DNA from: an uncultured cyanobacterium
GTDB lineage: Bacteria > Cyanobacteriota > Cyanobacteriia > Cyanobacteriales > Microcystaceae
Direction: 5' to 3'
Assembly: GCA_963807635.1 (NCBI GenBank)
Contig: CAWEDJ010000028.1
Location: 60,823 to 124,822 of the forward strand
Length of the DNA: 64,000 bases
Shown here in pieces: positions 62,813-64,000 of the stretch. Under the pieces are notes generated by a model. The model had not been told where the DNA came from. It saw nothing but the letters and a program-made list of their open reading frames with translations, and searched no databases. The translations under genes were made by a program, and so were the position numbers. The number at the start of each line of letters is the position of its first letter. Position 1 is the stretch's first letter.

Positions 62813-63530
62813 GCTCCGCCAACCATCCTTCCGCGCACGCGACGAGCTTGTTGAATGCCACTGCGTTGCTCTTGATGTTCTCGCGTTTCTTCACTCGCGC
62901 CAGCAGGTCTCGGAAACGGTCCTCGACCGTCAGATCGACCACGCGCACCTGGACGTCGGGCCGCAGGGCGGCCTCCTCCAGCCGCTTGGCGACCTCATCG
63001 TACTTCTCGATCTCCCCGTCCGCCATGAACAGCGTGAACTCGGCGAACAGCTTCGGGGTGAATGACACGCTCTCGATCCCGATGTCCTTCAGGCTGTCGC
63101 GCGAGCCCGCTGTACACCTTCAGGTCCACCTCGCCGATCAGATCGTACAGTCTTCTGAAGAGTGAAGGCGTCGTCCTTGCCGACGATGGCGTTGTGGGAG
63201 AGCTGCTTGGCCACCGCCTCCTGGTCGCTCTGTACCGTCGGTCACCATGACGAGGATCTTCTCGATGCCCGCCCTCTTGGCGGCCTCGATTCGATGGTGG
63301 CCGCTCAGGATCTCGAGCTCACCCTTCTTGTTTCGAAACAGCAGCGGGACGCTTTCCAGCCTTCCGTCCCGCCTGAGGTTGGACACCAGAGCGTCCATCG
63401 TCGCTGGTCCATGTACCGGGCGTTCATGTCCCGCGGCCTGCACTCCCCTGGGGACACGAGGGCGATCTCTGGGAGGTTGCTCCTTTTCAGCTCCTCATTC
63501 AGGGCCGTCGATCTGTTCGTTGATCTCCAT
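62805..63530 (-). CDS. ParB N-terminal domain phage protein with several apparent frameshifts
   Basis: NARYM...LVSNLRRDG...ILSGHHRIEAA...QLSHNAIVGKDD. Confidence 0.75.
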
Positions 63531-64000
63531 ACCTGTCCCACCACTGGACGTATGCCTCTTGAATCGTTGACGCCACCATCCTTCTGGTGCTGTAGGTCAG
63601 CTCGTATTTCAGATGTGTCCCCTTCTTCCGCTTCGCCAGGCCGAACAGGCCGCGGTACTTCATGCTGACCGGGTCGTCCGTGTACACTTTCGTCGTGTAC
63701 CCATCGTGTTCCCAGAGCGTCTTCCTGTTGACCTTCCGAGCATCTCGTCGGTCAACAGCAGGTGCAGCACCAGCTTGGAGAGCCTCCTGTAGCCTGGAGG
63801 GCGGGCAGGGGTCAGAGATTATCACCGCGAGGCTCGAGCTGAGCATCATGCCGCTTGCCACTCCGGCGACGCCGACCACCAGATCGCCGACGAAGATGGC
63901 GTAGGAGACATCCTCGGCGCTCTTCATCCGCGCCTTGTGAGTCCACAGCTGCCGGTAGTGATTGAACCTTTGCCGGTCGATCTCAAGCATCCGTACGGGG
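63499..64000 (-). CDS. C-terminal part of a putative phage DNA-modification (methyltransferase/GNAT-like) protein
   Basis: LVVGVAG, SDP...RLSKLVL and T..PVSMKYRGLF motifs; position upstream of ParB-terS-terL. Confidence 0.5.
   Translation of the reverse strand, partial: PVRMLEIDRQRFNHYRQLWTHKARMKSAEDVSYAIFVGDLVVGVAGVASGMMLSSSLAVIISDPCPPSRLQEALQAGAAPAVDRRDARKVNRKTLWEHDGYTTKVYTDDPVSMKYRGLFGLAKRKKGTHLKYELTYSTRRMVASTIQEAYVQWWDRYGDQRTDRRP

Overview
The window is not one continuous genome. It joins three unrelated segments. (A) 1-~26409 is a HIP1-rich (GCGATCGC) cyanobacterial chromosome: pdhB, secDF, pdhC, a degenerate phosphoglucomutase paralogue, ubiD, a putative methylated-nitrogen catabolic operon, an intact IS, an ABC1 kinase and secA, which is cut mid-gene. 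(B) ~26410-~38245 is archaeal: a type IV pilus locus (four class III signal-peptide pilins, one with a ~640-aa insertion inside its pilin fold, plus an assembly ATPase and a TadC-like protein) with TATA-box promoters, an orphan TnpB right end/omegaRNA, a Type IIG-like restriction-modification gene and a HEPN-like gene. (C) ~38248-64000 is GC-rich bacterial DNA, possibly spirochaetal: a decayed prophage carrying IS21, IS630, IS5, IS1634, a MITE and a RIT element; a tyrosine recombinase with a dif-like site; secreted beta-propeller/ankyrin genes sharing one leader cassette; a sugar ABC/catabolic block; and terminase, ParB and a putative DNA-modification gene. Single-base frameshifts occur in all three segments, including conserved housekeeping genes, so most are probably long-read errors and the two junctions are probably assembly or concatenation chimeras. 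No rRNA, complete tRNA or CRISPR array was seen. All protein calls come from motif recognition by eye, not from database searches.
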